Shown here: in pieces, positions 27,936 through 40,790 of the stretch
Layout: every line of letters starts with the position of its first letter
Position numbering within the stretch: the first letter of the stretch is position 1
From: Syncephalis fuscata S228
Taxonomy: Eukaryota; Fungi; Zoopagomycota
Direction: 5' to 3'
DNA length: 63,460 nucleotides
Assembly: GCA_025786725.1 (NCBI GenBank)
Contig: JAHLTZ010000067.1
Span: forward strand, 1 to 63,460
The notes under the pieces: model-generated
Told to the model about the DNA's origin: nothing
Databases searched by the model: none
Seen by the model: the letters and a program-made list of their open reading frames with translations, nothing else
Program-made: the position numbers and the translations under genes

Positions 27936-28791
27936 ATGGCAACACCCGCTCGAAGCTCAAGTCTTTTGACCAAATCGGTAGCCACTGCGGCGGCAAGTGA
28001 GATAGCGCGGAGAGCTTTACAAAGCAGTAGCAACAATAGCGCAGCTTCTTCACCCCCACCGGCCCAGCAAAAGAAAAATGGCAAAGTCTCTAGGAGTAAA
28101 ACCACGATGGCTGTAGCCATTGCCCGACCTGTGGCAGCGATGGCTGCCACCGCAGTTACAGATGCTATTATAAAACAACAATTGTCGTCATCGTCGGCCG
28201 CAGCAACACCGCCTGTGCCCCGTCCAGTACACGCGGCTACTGCACCACCAGTTATTATGGTGGCCGAACCATCTTCTTCAAATCAATTCAATAAAATACG
28301 GCGTAAAACTCGTCCTAATATGCCCCACCACCGGTACAACCGTCTTCTACCTGAGGATCGCGATGCATTTAAAGCGTTTAGATCACGGGCTAAGTGGCTT
28401 GATGGCAAGAAGACCTGTTGCTGTTGCCTCACTGTCGGTGTAGATCCATTGATTGGACTACTACCGGTTGTGGGTGACTTTGCCGGTGTTGTTCTAGCCA
28501 CCATGCTGTTGTATACTGCCATGCACACTTGGCAATTACCACGTGCCTTGATTTCTCGTATGATCCTTAATATTGCTATTGATGCCCTGGTAAGTAACAA
28601 TACTGCTGTTTCTTAGATTAGTCCTAACAACAACACATTACTATATGACTGCTTAATAGGTGGGATTTGTGCCAATTATCGGTGATTTGGCCGATTTCAT
28701 GTTCAAATGTAACTTGAAAAATTCTGACCTTCTCGAAACATTTTTAATGGAGAAAGCCAGTCTCGCCCAGCAGCCTATGGCAATGGCTTGA
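27936..28791 (+). CDS. DUF4112 membrane protein, two exons
   Basis: AKWLD...GVDPLIGLLPVVGDF...MILNIAIDAL|VGFVPIIGDLADFMFKCNLKN matches DUF4112. Confidence 0.85.
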
Positions 28792-29022
28792 GTACCGTTA
28801 TTGCCATTGTTTATTTGTTCTATCGCAGTAGTTATTGGCAACATTGCTTATTTGTTTGTTTTTCTAAAATTTATAAATGCATTTAAAACAATACACAGTA
28901 ATGATTTGCATATTGTGATATTTTACAATGATTTCAAATATAATATGTTTTAATCATTGTAACAAATAACTTCTAATGTGTATTAATATAAAATAACAAT
29001 CTTTGCAGGCAAGCAAGTATTT

Positions 29023-31413
29023 CTAAGCAGATGATTCATTAAGCGACTTGATAACCGTGTCCAAGGCGCTGTACCATTTGTCACGAATACTACTGCTATC
29101 AGCAGCTAGTAGGTAGGGACGCTCGGGCGTTATTAGCTGGAAGCAAAATGGTCTTTGTTTGGACGGTGGATCTGCTATCATTTGAACTGCTTGTACTTGG
29201 GCCAAAGGGATTAGCTGGCGTACTGTCGATTCCTATAGTGTTATAACAATGTTTAAATTAGATACTTATATTATATATCAATCAGCTAATTACCTTTTCA
29301 TTTTTATAATAGGCTAAACGATTATCACGTAGAACAAACCATCGTTTTTGCCATGCCTAGTCGTTCAAATGTTATTATTAAAATAAAAGACATAATAAAT
29401 AAATGATGCGGGTCTTACCCGAATAATGCCCACCTTGTTATTCTGTGATTGCTTTGTTAAGTAGCCTTGTAAAGGTTGATCAGAGCTATTACCCGTAACA
29501 TCTGCAAGTATCGTATCTTCTTGCTGAGATGCGGCTCCTGTATTGATTGATGTTCCCGATTGGTTACTAACGGGTGCACTGCCACTTGTTTTTGCTGTTC
29601 CATGCTGAATACCAGAGCTGTCTACCGATGAGCGCGTTGTGGCCCATGAGGGCAATAATGAACGGCGATGATTGGCTGGCTTTTCTACCGGCGCTTCTTC
29701 TTCTTTGGTAGATGAACGACGGCTTCGTGCGGCTTGGCATGCCTCTCGCAACGCATGTGTCCATCCCAGTAGTTCTTCCGGTGATCCGGCTTGAAAATAG
29801 TATTTGCGACGCGTGGTAAGCACACCAAACACATTCACACGCTTCTTTCGCGGGATGGCCGCCACTGCTTTTACTTGGGCCAAATCGATAATACCCAACG
29901 ATTTATATTCCTATTATTTCAATTAATGATGAGGTTCTAACAAAGATTAATTTACTTACACGTTGATCTTTGTAATAAACAAGTTGTGTAGGTCGTAGTA
30001 CAAACCAACGCTTTTTCCATATCTATAATATATATTCGCTATTAATATATACTACCTATGACTATCAACTCTATAACTTACCTTTCGCGGCCCTCCTCGC
30101 TTATGGAGCTGGCCACTTTTGATAATATGAGCTGAAGTAAGCGTATTCAGTGTCTCATCCCGTGTAATCATTTCTCCTTCCTCATAATCTTCGTCTTCGC
30201 CTTCATCCAAATCATCTACTTCTTCGGCATCGGCTAGAATGATTGCTGCTGCTTCTTCGTCATCCGACATTAGATCAAATTCATCATCTGCGTACTCATC
30301 AAAGCTAGTTTTCTCTATATGTTTGTTAATATGCGCATCTTCTTCATTCTGGCTACTCATTGGTGTAGCAGTAATTGCCGCATCTTTATGCAAACTACTT
30401 TCAGCCATTTCATTAGCTGGTTCAGTCTTGTGCACAGTAGTAGTGGCAACAGATGCAGGTCGGCCAGATGACTCTCTTTGAACTACAAATGTTACTGTAC
30501 GTCCATTGGAAGCACTTGTTGCGCTGATCTCCAATGGTGCTTGTTGTGAATTAGGAGCATTCAGTGCTACGGAGCGGTGAAAATTCGTTTTGTCTGGCAA
30601 GCTAGCGACTGGAGATACGTGGCGTTTAAGAGGCGTTGTATGTTGCGGCTCTTCATCATGTAGTGACGCATTGTCAGAAACGGCAGCTGCACGAGTCTCC
30701 CGGATTGAATGCAGCCATGAAAGCATATCTTCCGGCGATGGTGCTGCAAAGTAAAACTTTCGCTTTGTTGTTACAACGCCAAATACGTTGGCACGCTTTG
30801 ACTTGCGCTTTTTTGTTCTTTGAACTTCTGCACATGCCAAAATACTATCCAATGGAATGATGCCCAGCAATTTATACTCCTATATATATATATTCATGGT
30901 TAGCGTCACCAAAATCATATTTTACTAGCATGGTAACCATCGACTAGCGCTGAAGCATTCTATATGTACCTTTTGGTCCTTGTAGTAGACTAGTTCGCTA
31001 GAACGTAATATAAACCAGCGTTTCTTCCAGGCCTAGTTGTATTTAACAGATGTGAATACAACCCTGTACAAAATGCCAATGCTTACCTTGCGTATCTCGC
31101 CTCGTTTCATTAGATAGCCGGAATAGATTGTTTGTTCACGGGTGACTTCTGTAAGTTGGCTTTTACTTAGATTCATTGCTTCCAACTCGTATTGCTCTTC
31201 TGATTCATAGTGCAGAGCGGCTTCATCGTGGCCGCCACTTGCTTGTCCAGGCTCATTCGTGCAGTCAAATAGCTCTGGTTCCGAGTCTGATTCATCAGAA
31301 AATGGAATAGGATCGAGCTGAGCTCGTGGCGAGCGGCTGCTGCTGCTGTTCTGTTGTTTGGCCGTCTCGGCGGCGATGCCGGCCGTGGCGCTGCTTTGTT
31401 GCTGGGTTGACAT
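29023..31413 (-). CDS. Protein with three tandem PH domains (Opy1-like), multi-exon
   Basis: Three repeats of G.L.K....K.W.KRWF.LR...L.YYK...E......I.L, each ending in a conserved-Trp helix, once introns are removed. Confidence 0.88.
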
Positions 31414-32199
31414 GATAGAGACAAGTGTCTTATTCTAAAGTACACTGTGCTCTAGTATTGTTATCAAGTGTTTGATGTATAATGCAATAGATGGATAGAT
31501 GGATAGATGGGTAAATGAATCACAGACCAAGGAAGATGAGTCTTTACTGAATATTGCAGGGGAAAAGTGAGCGAAGCATGTTACGGGATGGGAATCGTTG
31601 TTGCATGTGTTTCTCTATTAAAAGCGTGACGGGCCGCGTGTCCTTAACCAAGGGGGCTATACTATTTCAAGTTGAACCGCATCAATACTAATTCTGCCTA
31701 ATGGAAAAGCCGAACTAACAGCCAATTATTATTGACCACTTTATTCTTTATTCCTTACTATTGACCTGTTATATTATACTTATTGCTTCATTAATGATAT
31801 GTTCTATAATGCTAACCTTTAGCTTTGTAATCCATACAACTACACTCATACAGTCATTCAAACAATGTCAGTAATTTATCTAATTAACTATCTTATCTCC
31901 TTTATTACTATTAAACAATTTATTAGTTTTTATTGTAATCTAGTGGTCAAATGACCATTTTTAATACCATTGAATCTAATGAACATGGTGATGGGTGGTG
32001 AGTGACATTAAAGTCTAAAATACTCATCATTGTAGATTTATTGTCCAGTATGCAAATATTCAGTGTACATATATCCTCTATTCATATATATCATTCCCAT
32101 TATATCATATACTGCTATATACTAGTTATGCTATTTTGGATATATTATATTGTTATATGTCCCAATTACATATAACTTGCTAAATGGATTAGGTGAATG

Positions 32200-33678
32200 A
32201 GTCGATATTTATCAATAACAACGCTAGAACAAAAAGGATAGCTACAATAGCTAGCGCGTACTTACTAGACAATAAAGTTATATATAATATAAAGAATATA
32301 CAACATTGAGTGACGATTAGCCGTGTTGAAGCTACTGAGCATATATGCATGAGTAGATGAGCGGAATTAGTCGAGATTTATTAATAATAGCGCTAGAACA
32401 AAAATAAAACTAGTTTTGAATAGAGGAAGGCTAGGCAATTATATAATGATATATAAAATGCTAGATATACGGTGAGAAAGCATGCAAAGCAATGTCAAAA
32501 ATATAGTGCATATAGCGCAATAAGTGAAATAAATAATGTATATTGAAGCATATAAACAATAGAATGTATTTAGTATATCATAGAATGGTATATAACAGTG
32601 TGGGACAGAATGGGAATGATATAGGTGAATAGAGTATATATGTGTACTGGATATATGCATACTGGATAATGGATCTACAGTGATGAGTATTTATAATTGA
32701 TGTCACTCACCGCTCATCATCATGTTCAATAAATTGGTTATTATTAGATATCAGCCATTTGACCACCAGAAAACAACAAATGTGATAATGTAATGATTAA
32801 ATAAAACTCACCACTTGTCCCCATGTTCAAGAGAACGAAAATGTAGTTCAGCTACGCGAATGTTATTAAATAAATTCATTTGACCTCAAATCACACTAAA
32901 TGGGTAATAAATTGTTTAATAGTGAAGAAATAAACCAACATATAATAATAGCATAATACGAATCAATGGTTAAACAAAAATATGCCATTTAAAAAGGACT
33001 GTAGATAGACTAGTCATTGTTAAATAAAAGACTCAACCTTTAGATGGCAGTAGTACTTTGCATTATCGCTGATGGTCAATCACAATGATTTTATAACAAA
33101 AGCTTTTAGTAAAGCTGAGAGATTAGTAAAAAGATAATGAATTATTTGTAAATAATAACAGAAAGAAATAACTAGTGGTTATATTGTTGCTTGGCCATGT
33201 GGCAATATAATCGTTATTTAGATTGATAAATGGTTAATAGTCGTATTATGACAATAATTGCCTTATTAATAGGCACCTTTGGTGATGCGTTGGCCATTAC
33301 ATATCACTATTGTTTAAGTAGTATCGTAACGTACCAATAGTAATATATATTAATAGATACACCATTGTAATATGTAATAATGTGCGTATGGTGCACACCA
33401 TTAATAACACGCACCTACTAGTTTATCGACATCTATACTAACTATACCCGGCACAGCATAACTATTATCCATACTAATGCTATTCTTATCGGTAGTGTTA
33501 CTAATAGCCCACTAGTTACGCTTTGTGTTTGCCTATATAACATCTTCACATTCACAAGCAATAATAAATAATGTCGTATTTTCTTTACTTGTACTACACA
33601 CTCAGCAGCACTATTGGCCTCCCTTTGTTATTGGATGTATTAAGAGTGGCTGCATTGTATAACTATGTTGATTAGCTA
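32200..33678. repeat. 1479-bp inverted repeat, left copy (partner 43850-45328; 653-bp partial direct copy at 58082-58734)
   Basis: Reverse-complement match of identical length. An identical 73-aa spurious ORF lies on opposite strands at 32439 and 44868. Confidence 0.93.
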
Positions 33679-34056
33679 CTACTACTTACATATAACTATC
33701 TTAATATTCGTAAAATACCCTTTGTTTAGTTAATAAAATAACTTGGTTTATATGTCAGACTTTAAAATTTTGCCTGACTAATTTACACACCACTTCCATT
33801 CAGCAATAAGTATTTACCATATGAATTAGCACCTAAACTAACACATGATCCTATGACGATATTGATCGTCAATATCATTGTCGACGTCATATTATCATTA
33901 CACGGTTATACCAATTATTTTAGTATACAAACCAACACATTTTATTGCTCAAGTACTACGATAGTCAGAAAGTAGTGACTTTGACGACACTTAGCATAAT
34001 AGTAATAAGTAAAAATAGCCGTGTGACTGCTTTTCGGGGCAAAAATAAGTAAAAAG

Positions 34057-34128
34057 CACCGGTACAGGGAATCGAACCCTGATCTCCTCGGTGAAAGCGA
34101 GATATCCTAGCCGTTGGACTATACCGGT
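34057..34128 (-). tRNA. tRNA-Glu(TTC)
   Basis: Minus-strand cloverleaf: acceptor ACCGGTA/TACCGGT, anticodon arm TCTCG-CTTTCAC-CGAGG, T-loop TTCGATT, with a T-run downstream. Confidence 0.95.
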
Positions 34129-35331
34129 TTTTGTGCTGTGTATTACAACTAAAATTTTAAGCGCTTTAGAATATATATTAGAAATTTAAAATTTTAATAA
34201 TTTACTTTGCCGTTACATTATGGCGCTATAATAAATTTAATGGCACTTTTGTTATAATTAACAAATATTTAATTGATTTAGAACGTTTTTTAGTCTGTTT
34301 GACTAATAATTTTAATAAACATGATATAATAATTAAATTATTTATTTATTTAATACACTCATTTTTATTAAATAATAAATCAAAGTGCTTAATCAATCAC
34401 AATTCTTATAACTTATACCCGTTGCTTATATAACTGTATGATATTTTAAAATACGTATCAATTCAATTAATATTATTATATTTATTATACATGTATTTAT
34501 TGCTTATAATGTGTGTTTAGCAAGTAGTAGTACAACTACTGTTCGTGTCTAATTGTTATGCCCGCCTTATTTATACATTAGTCACTGTTTTTGACCTACT
34601 TCATTTCATCGCTTTAAGTGTCAGTTTTGCTTACTACTTGCATTATACTGCTTTTGTTGAGTAGTTTGACTAAGTTGTTACACATTCTACTATTATTTAA
34701 ATAATGATATTGATCGTTGATTACGTTCACTTATACAGATAAAGTGGCTGTAACTAGTCTTATTAAATGCTGCTAGTTTAATTTAACTATACAAAGCTAC
34801 TTTGTATGTTTTGCATGAACATTTTGAACACAAGTTATCACATGCCTAAACGCTGTAGATTTATATAGCATATTTATAATTTAAATGGCCAACATTGTCA
34901 TGTTATTTGCTTTATTGATTTTATTGTCTAATTAAAGGCCAATGTTGGCACCACCATAAATTTATATTTAGAAAATAGCATACAAAGTTTTAGCAGATTA
35001 CTAAATATAATTGAAATAAAACTATTGTTTATTACCACATGTTTGCATAGCTGAATAAACACAGCTAAATGCAGTCTTGTTAGTAGTATAATAGTACTGT
35101 TGGCTAAAAGTTGAATAAACTAAAGCATTGAACGGAACTTGATATATGGATGAACTGAAAGGCATACTTGTCAAATGATCTTGTTTTATGCCAAATGGGC
35201 ACTTAAGGTGTGCTGAACAATTAAACCGCTGCATTACCAATGCTAACATATTGGAGATACAAGTTATTTATGCTCATAAACATATACAGCCCATGTCATA
35301 TATCTAGTATATCGGCCAGCGACGTATGATC

Positions 35332-36587
35332 TCAGTTATTACCTATTAATAAGTGTTATTGAACGTACAACAAATAGTATGTAATTAGTATACAGCTAAT
35401 TAAAAGCAACATCACTTACCGTCTATTAATAGCAATTAGTGAACACACAGCAAATAGTATGCAATTAGTACATAACCAATTAAAAACAACACCGCTTACC
35501 GGCTATCAATATACATTAGTGAACGAACAGAAAATAGTATGCAATCAGTGATAGTTAGCTGCTATGGTGTTTCACTTACGACCTATTCGTACAAGTTGTT
35601 AAACATGCATAGTATATAGTGTATGTTCAGCACATAATTAATAAATATGTAATTTCACTTACAACCTGTTATGATTAAATCATTGACAGACACAGTACAT
35701 ATAATGTGGTGAATATACAGACATCTAATATGCAACATTACTTACATCCTATTAATATTGAGTTATTAGTAACAGCGAATAGCATGAAATTAGCTCATAG
35801 CCGATTATTATATAACGCCACTTACTAACTATTATATTCAATTATCAATCCATAAATACATAGCATATAAGTGATAAATAGCTAATTGACATGCAATATT
35901 ACTTACACGCTATCAATATTAGGTTGTTAATACACAAATAAACACCATGTAATTAGCGTATTTTTAATCAGCATAAAACATTACTTACTAGCTATTCATG
36001 TTAAATTATTGGCCCACACAATGTATAGCATGCAATTAGTGCGCGGTCAATCAATATATAGAATTACTTACGACCTGTTATATTGCATTGCCAATACACA
36101 CAGTACATAGCGTGTAGTTAGAGTATAGGCAACCGATATACAATACCACTTACAAACTATTCATATAAAATTGTTGACATAAACAGTGCATAGCATGCAG
36201 TTAGCCCATAGTCGCTTAATATACAGTATCACTTACTGCCTATTAATATTAAATTGTCGATACACATAATATGTAGTATTCAGTTAGTGTATATTCAACT
36301 AATATTCAGCACTGCTTACATTCTAATAATAGTAAATTGTTGGTAACGAATAGTATAAGATTTTTGCCCAATTATTTATTATACAGTGCTACTTACTGGC
36401 TATTATATTCAATCGTCGACAAAATATCATTAGTTATTAATACACTGATAGGCATAATGTTGATGCATATTTGTTGTAATTAAAACATACCAGTATTTAC
36501 TTGAGCTGGCACGGCATCCACTGTGACTGTATTAGTCACAAAAACTACGAAAAGGACGCAAGCAGCAGTAATGGAAAGCTTCATCAT
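35332..36587 (-). CDS. Micro-exon gene: 48-aa secreted Cys-rich peptide precursor MMKLSITAACVLFVVFVTNTVTVDAVPAQVNTAKCICPTFRCCPDGNN (15 exons, 13 of them 3 nt)
   Basis: Exon 1 (36587-36491) encodes a signal peptide. Thirteen YAG|NNN|GTAAG units follow at 36399, 36322, 36239, 36156, 36074, 35991, 35909, 35828, 35748, 35665, 35582, 35502 and 35422. The last exon starts at 35342 and has TGA at 35334-35332. The joined frame is open and contains 4 Cys. Confidence 0.85.
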
Positions 36588-37249
36588 GGTATTGTTTGTT
36601 ATGGTATTGCTTGTTGAAACAAAAAAGTAGAATGGATGATAGAGTGAAGTAAGGATACCGTTGATTAGTTGTGTACACTTTATGGCCTATTTGAATCTAT
36701 AACTATGGTAACATATTAACATGCTGATTGTATGAAATATACCATTGATATGCCATGTAAACCAATAGCAACACGTCCACGTGGTAACTTGAAACATGCA
36801 CAGAGTAATAGATTGATAGTGTGATAGCATTATGCATATTCTATGTTTCAGCCTATTCGGCAATTACACAAAAATTCGGCGATATCAAGTATCCAGTATA
36901 TATGTGCTGTAAACAAACATCAACCTGCTTTTTGTTTCACACTGAAGTCAGATTAAAGTCCAGCTGACCACTGAGTTTTTGAAGCATGCACAGAGTAATA
37001 GATGGATAGCATGTGTCAATATATCTATATATAGATAATATTATGAATATTTGGGGCACAACAATTTAATAGGCAATGATATCATGACTTGTCTTGATAT
37101 AGAAACAGCAAAGAATAAAATAATAAAACGCAAAAAATACATAAACATGCAGTCTATTTAGTATGTTTGTTCAGTATTTTACAACATATAAACTATTCCT
37201 TACACTTATCCTTTTATGCATTTTTTTGCAAAAGTAACGAGCTATAAAC

Positions 37250-38770
37250 ATGATGTCAAATTTGAAATGGAATCAAGTTGCAATGATAAGCAGCATCTTG
37301 GCACTAGTATTTATTGTTCAGCCTATATTTGCTACACCGCGTAAAGCCAATTTACCCGAAGGTAGATTATTATACCAGATAGTTTATGCATCCATACTAA
37401 TAGCATTGATATATAGATGTATTTGAACCTGATCCACCGCAAGTATACGATGGTATTGATATACCCGCTGGATTTGAACAAGGTGAAGAGACATCATGGG
37501 AGCAACAACTACAAGGCATGGATGTGAATGTCATGTGCCGCATACGAAACAATCTCAATGATAAATTTCGATTTCTTCAGGTATTTATTAAATATTGCCA
37601 ATATTACAACTAGCTAAGCAATTATAAATCTAGGACCTTAGCCGCAAACGAGTGCTATTACAAAATGATCCCGGACGCCAGTATGTTTTACACCCGCAAC
37701 GCTCGTTCACTTTTCGAGGCAAGCGCTGTTTTGTTATGCCTCGCTCAGTTGATGAAAATTTGAATGACTTTTATTTAAATTACATACCATCTTTGGCTGA
37801 GGCTAAATCGATTTTATCATTTTTCACTAAATTGATACAAGGTAGGCCTAGCCGATATGTTTGAGTATGCACAGTATCTCATAATGAAATATGATTAGGT
37901 ATTAATTATATCCACAAAGTTGGATGGACCAACATTAGTTTAAATGAGTTCAGTAAGAAAATGTCGCATTAACATTTAAGCCATTGCTAACTATAAATTA
38001 TAGGCATTGTTGTTAGATTAAATCTCAGTAAATATCCTGTTATCAATGTAATGAAAATTGAACAGCTAAGACGCATCAAATTTAAAAACAATATTGTAGT
38101 ACCGATAGATGCACCTCAAATGAAACTATTATATCTTCCTGAATGGATCAAAAATACTAAAATCGATCCACGTAAGGCTGATCTATGGAGAATCGGCGAA
38201 CTTTTTTATGCTTTCCAATATGAATTCTACTTTAAAATGCCAAAAAAATCCACTAAACAAATTTTAGAAGAAACTTTTTCCAAAATGCCAGACGTCAAGC
38301 TAGAACTCCACGACACACAACAGCAGTTCAAAAGATTTATGTCATACTTCAAGAAACTTATTGAAGATAGCTATCAATCTGGATTAATAACAAAAAATAA
38401 CGGTCGAGCTATTCTATTAAATACGAACAGCGGATTTCTAAAGAACAGCATTGATATATCGTTGTCGCCAATCAAGCAAATTTATTTAACGATAGAAATG
38501 CTAGACTTATTCATTGCTGCGCAAAACTGTGTTTTTGGAAATAAGCCATTGCGAGGGTACTCACAGTTTTTGCTTAATGGGCTCTTCCAACTAGGAATAT
38601 ATAGCATGCTTCCTGATATATATATAGCACATCCAAATGAATATACTCCCGTATTAGACATGCTAAATAGGCTGCTAACACTCAATCCCGAAGAGCGATT
38701 AACGCCGGACCAATACTTGAGACAATTTGATAGAAATACAAATGCCAACCGTTTGCATGTATCTTATTAA
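37250..38770 (+). CDS. Secreted kinase-fold protein (probable pseudokinase), multi-exon
   Basis: Signal peptide MMSNLKWNQVAMISSILALVFIVQPIFA. Kinase-like segments LIQGINYIHKVG, LYLPE, KADLWRIG and LNRLLTLNPEERLT are present, but no HRD, DFG or GxGxxG. Confidence 0.7.
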
Positions 38771-39499
38771 CAAAATTAACTATAAAACACCAGTATGATA
38801 GACAATTACTTTTAGTAATAAACATTAACATTTGCATCAAGTGTGTTTTATAGTGAAATAGTCGACGCTAAATGGCTGGATGATGGCAGAAGCAAATAAA
38901 TAAATACACCACAGTATTTGTATCATATTAATCGTTCATCAAACATGTTAGTATAGTAATCAATGTTGATAGCAAGCCAGATACACTGTCAAGCAGTAAG
39001 AGGCTAGGTGGGAAATTAGTACAAGCATAATTAGCTGAATACAAAGCCTCTTGATTTATATGTAATATTTGATACTGCTTAGTGTACAAGCTGTCACACA
39101 GACGGCATCGCAGTTGAAGCTACAATAAGAGCAAAACTAAAATTGGTCACTAAGGCTGTCTGTATGGCTATCATAATTAAATCAATGACAATCAAGCGTA
39201 TATTCGAACAGTGGGATATAACAAGGATTTGAATATGGATCAATCAACCGATGTAGGATTTACACATATATAAAGAAGCACGTGTAATATTTTATTTAGA
39301 CTTCACAATAACTGTACTAGTATATTGATAATGTAATAAAATATATTGTTTATAGAGATTATAGCATATAATTAAAAAATAATTGAATACAATGGAAAAA
39401 TAGATTTTATAATAACTTGAATATTGATAAAACGCTAGTCTTCAAACTTAAATTTGAAACTATTGGCCCAATGCTATAAAAATATGCAACAGTATTAGA

Positions 39500-40790
39500 A
39501 AAGCAATTTTAACGTAGGTGGTAAAATGCAATGGCATATGAATTAGAAATATTAGTCATTTAATTAATAAAGCGTTACTAATAATACGTATAACTTTACG
39601 TATAATAAAGCAAGTTGTCTGATACTTCGCATAAGTGTGTGTATAACATATAGGTAGCTATTGACAAAGTATACCGCAATTACATAGCGTGATAGTGTAA
39701 TGGTAGTGATAATACGTTAATAAATGTGCAAAAATAGCAGTTTTTTACTGTTTATGGCTTGTATAATTAAAATACAGCAAAATAGTTGGCAGATTCAAGT
39801 TCACCATGCTAAGCTTTACCGTTTGGTATAAGATTCAAAACAATGATTTTGCAACAAATGTTAGTCAAAAATGCAGTCTACGTATAAATTAACAAAAAGT
39901 GACTAGACTTTATAATTTCAAGCAATTTAATACTAATAATTAATTTGGCTTAAAGTAAATTCAAAGCGTTCTACAACACTAAAACAAGCATAATAAGTTG
40001 TTATACATAAATAACGACATATAGTAGTAAGTTATGCCATATATTTACATATAGCAGATTTTCATTAAGCTACTTATGTAAATCGTATTTTTGACTAACA
40101 TTTGTTGCAAAAATCATTGTTCTAAATCTTATACCAGACGGTAAAGCTTAGCATGGGGAACTTGAATCTGCCAACTATTTGCTGTATTTTAATTATACAA
40201 GCCATAAACAGTAAAAAACCGCTATTTTTGCACATTTATTAACGTATTATCACTACCATTACACTATCACGCTATGTAATTGCGGTATACTTTGTCAATA
40301 GCTACCTATATATTATACACACACTTATGCGAAGTATCAGACAATTTGCTTCATTATACGTAAAGTTATACGTATTATTATCGATGCTTACTATATGTAT
40401 TTAAACAATGTAAACTGCATTTTGGCTAACATTTGTTGCAAATCATTGTTTGAATCTTATACCAAGCGGTACATCTTAGCATGGGAACTTGAATCTGCCA
40501 ACTATTTTGCTGTATTTTAATTATACAAGCCATAAATAGTAAAAAACTACTATTTTGCACATTTATTAACGTATTATCACTACCATTACACTATCACGCT
40601 ATGTAATTGCGGTATACTTTGTCAATAGCTACCTATATGTTATACATACACTTATGCGAAGTATCAGACAACTTGCTTTATTATACGTAAAGTTATACGT
40701 ATTATTAGTAACGCTTTATTAATTAAATGACTAATATTTCTAATTCATATGCCATTGCATTTTACCACCTAATCACGTTAAAATTTCTTT
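39500..40790. mobile_element. Non-coding foldback element with ~360-bp outer inverted arms and an extra internal arm
   Basis: ~39515-39875 is the reverse complement of ~40410-40771. A third arm lies at ~40070-40380. The same core occurs at 19741-20407 and 47591-48257. Confidence 0.8.

Noticed and set aside
32439-32660. Identical 73-aa ORFs at 32439(-) and 44868(+)
   Set aside because: Products of the 1479-bp inverted repeat with low-complexity composition.
35343-36490. ~80-bp periodic array as CRISPR-like or a plain degenerate minisatellite
   Set aside because: The conserved positions are exactly splice donor, acceptor and branch signals on the minus strand, and the 3-nt inserts join into an open Cys-rich frame.
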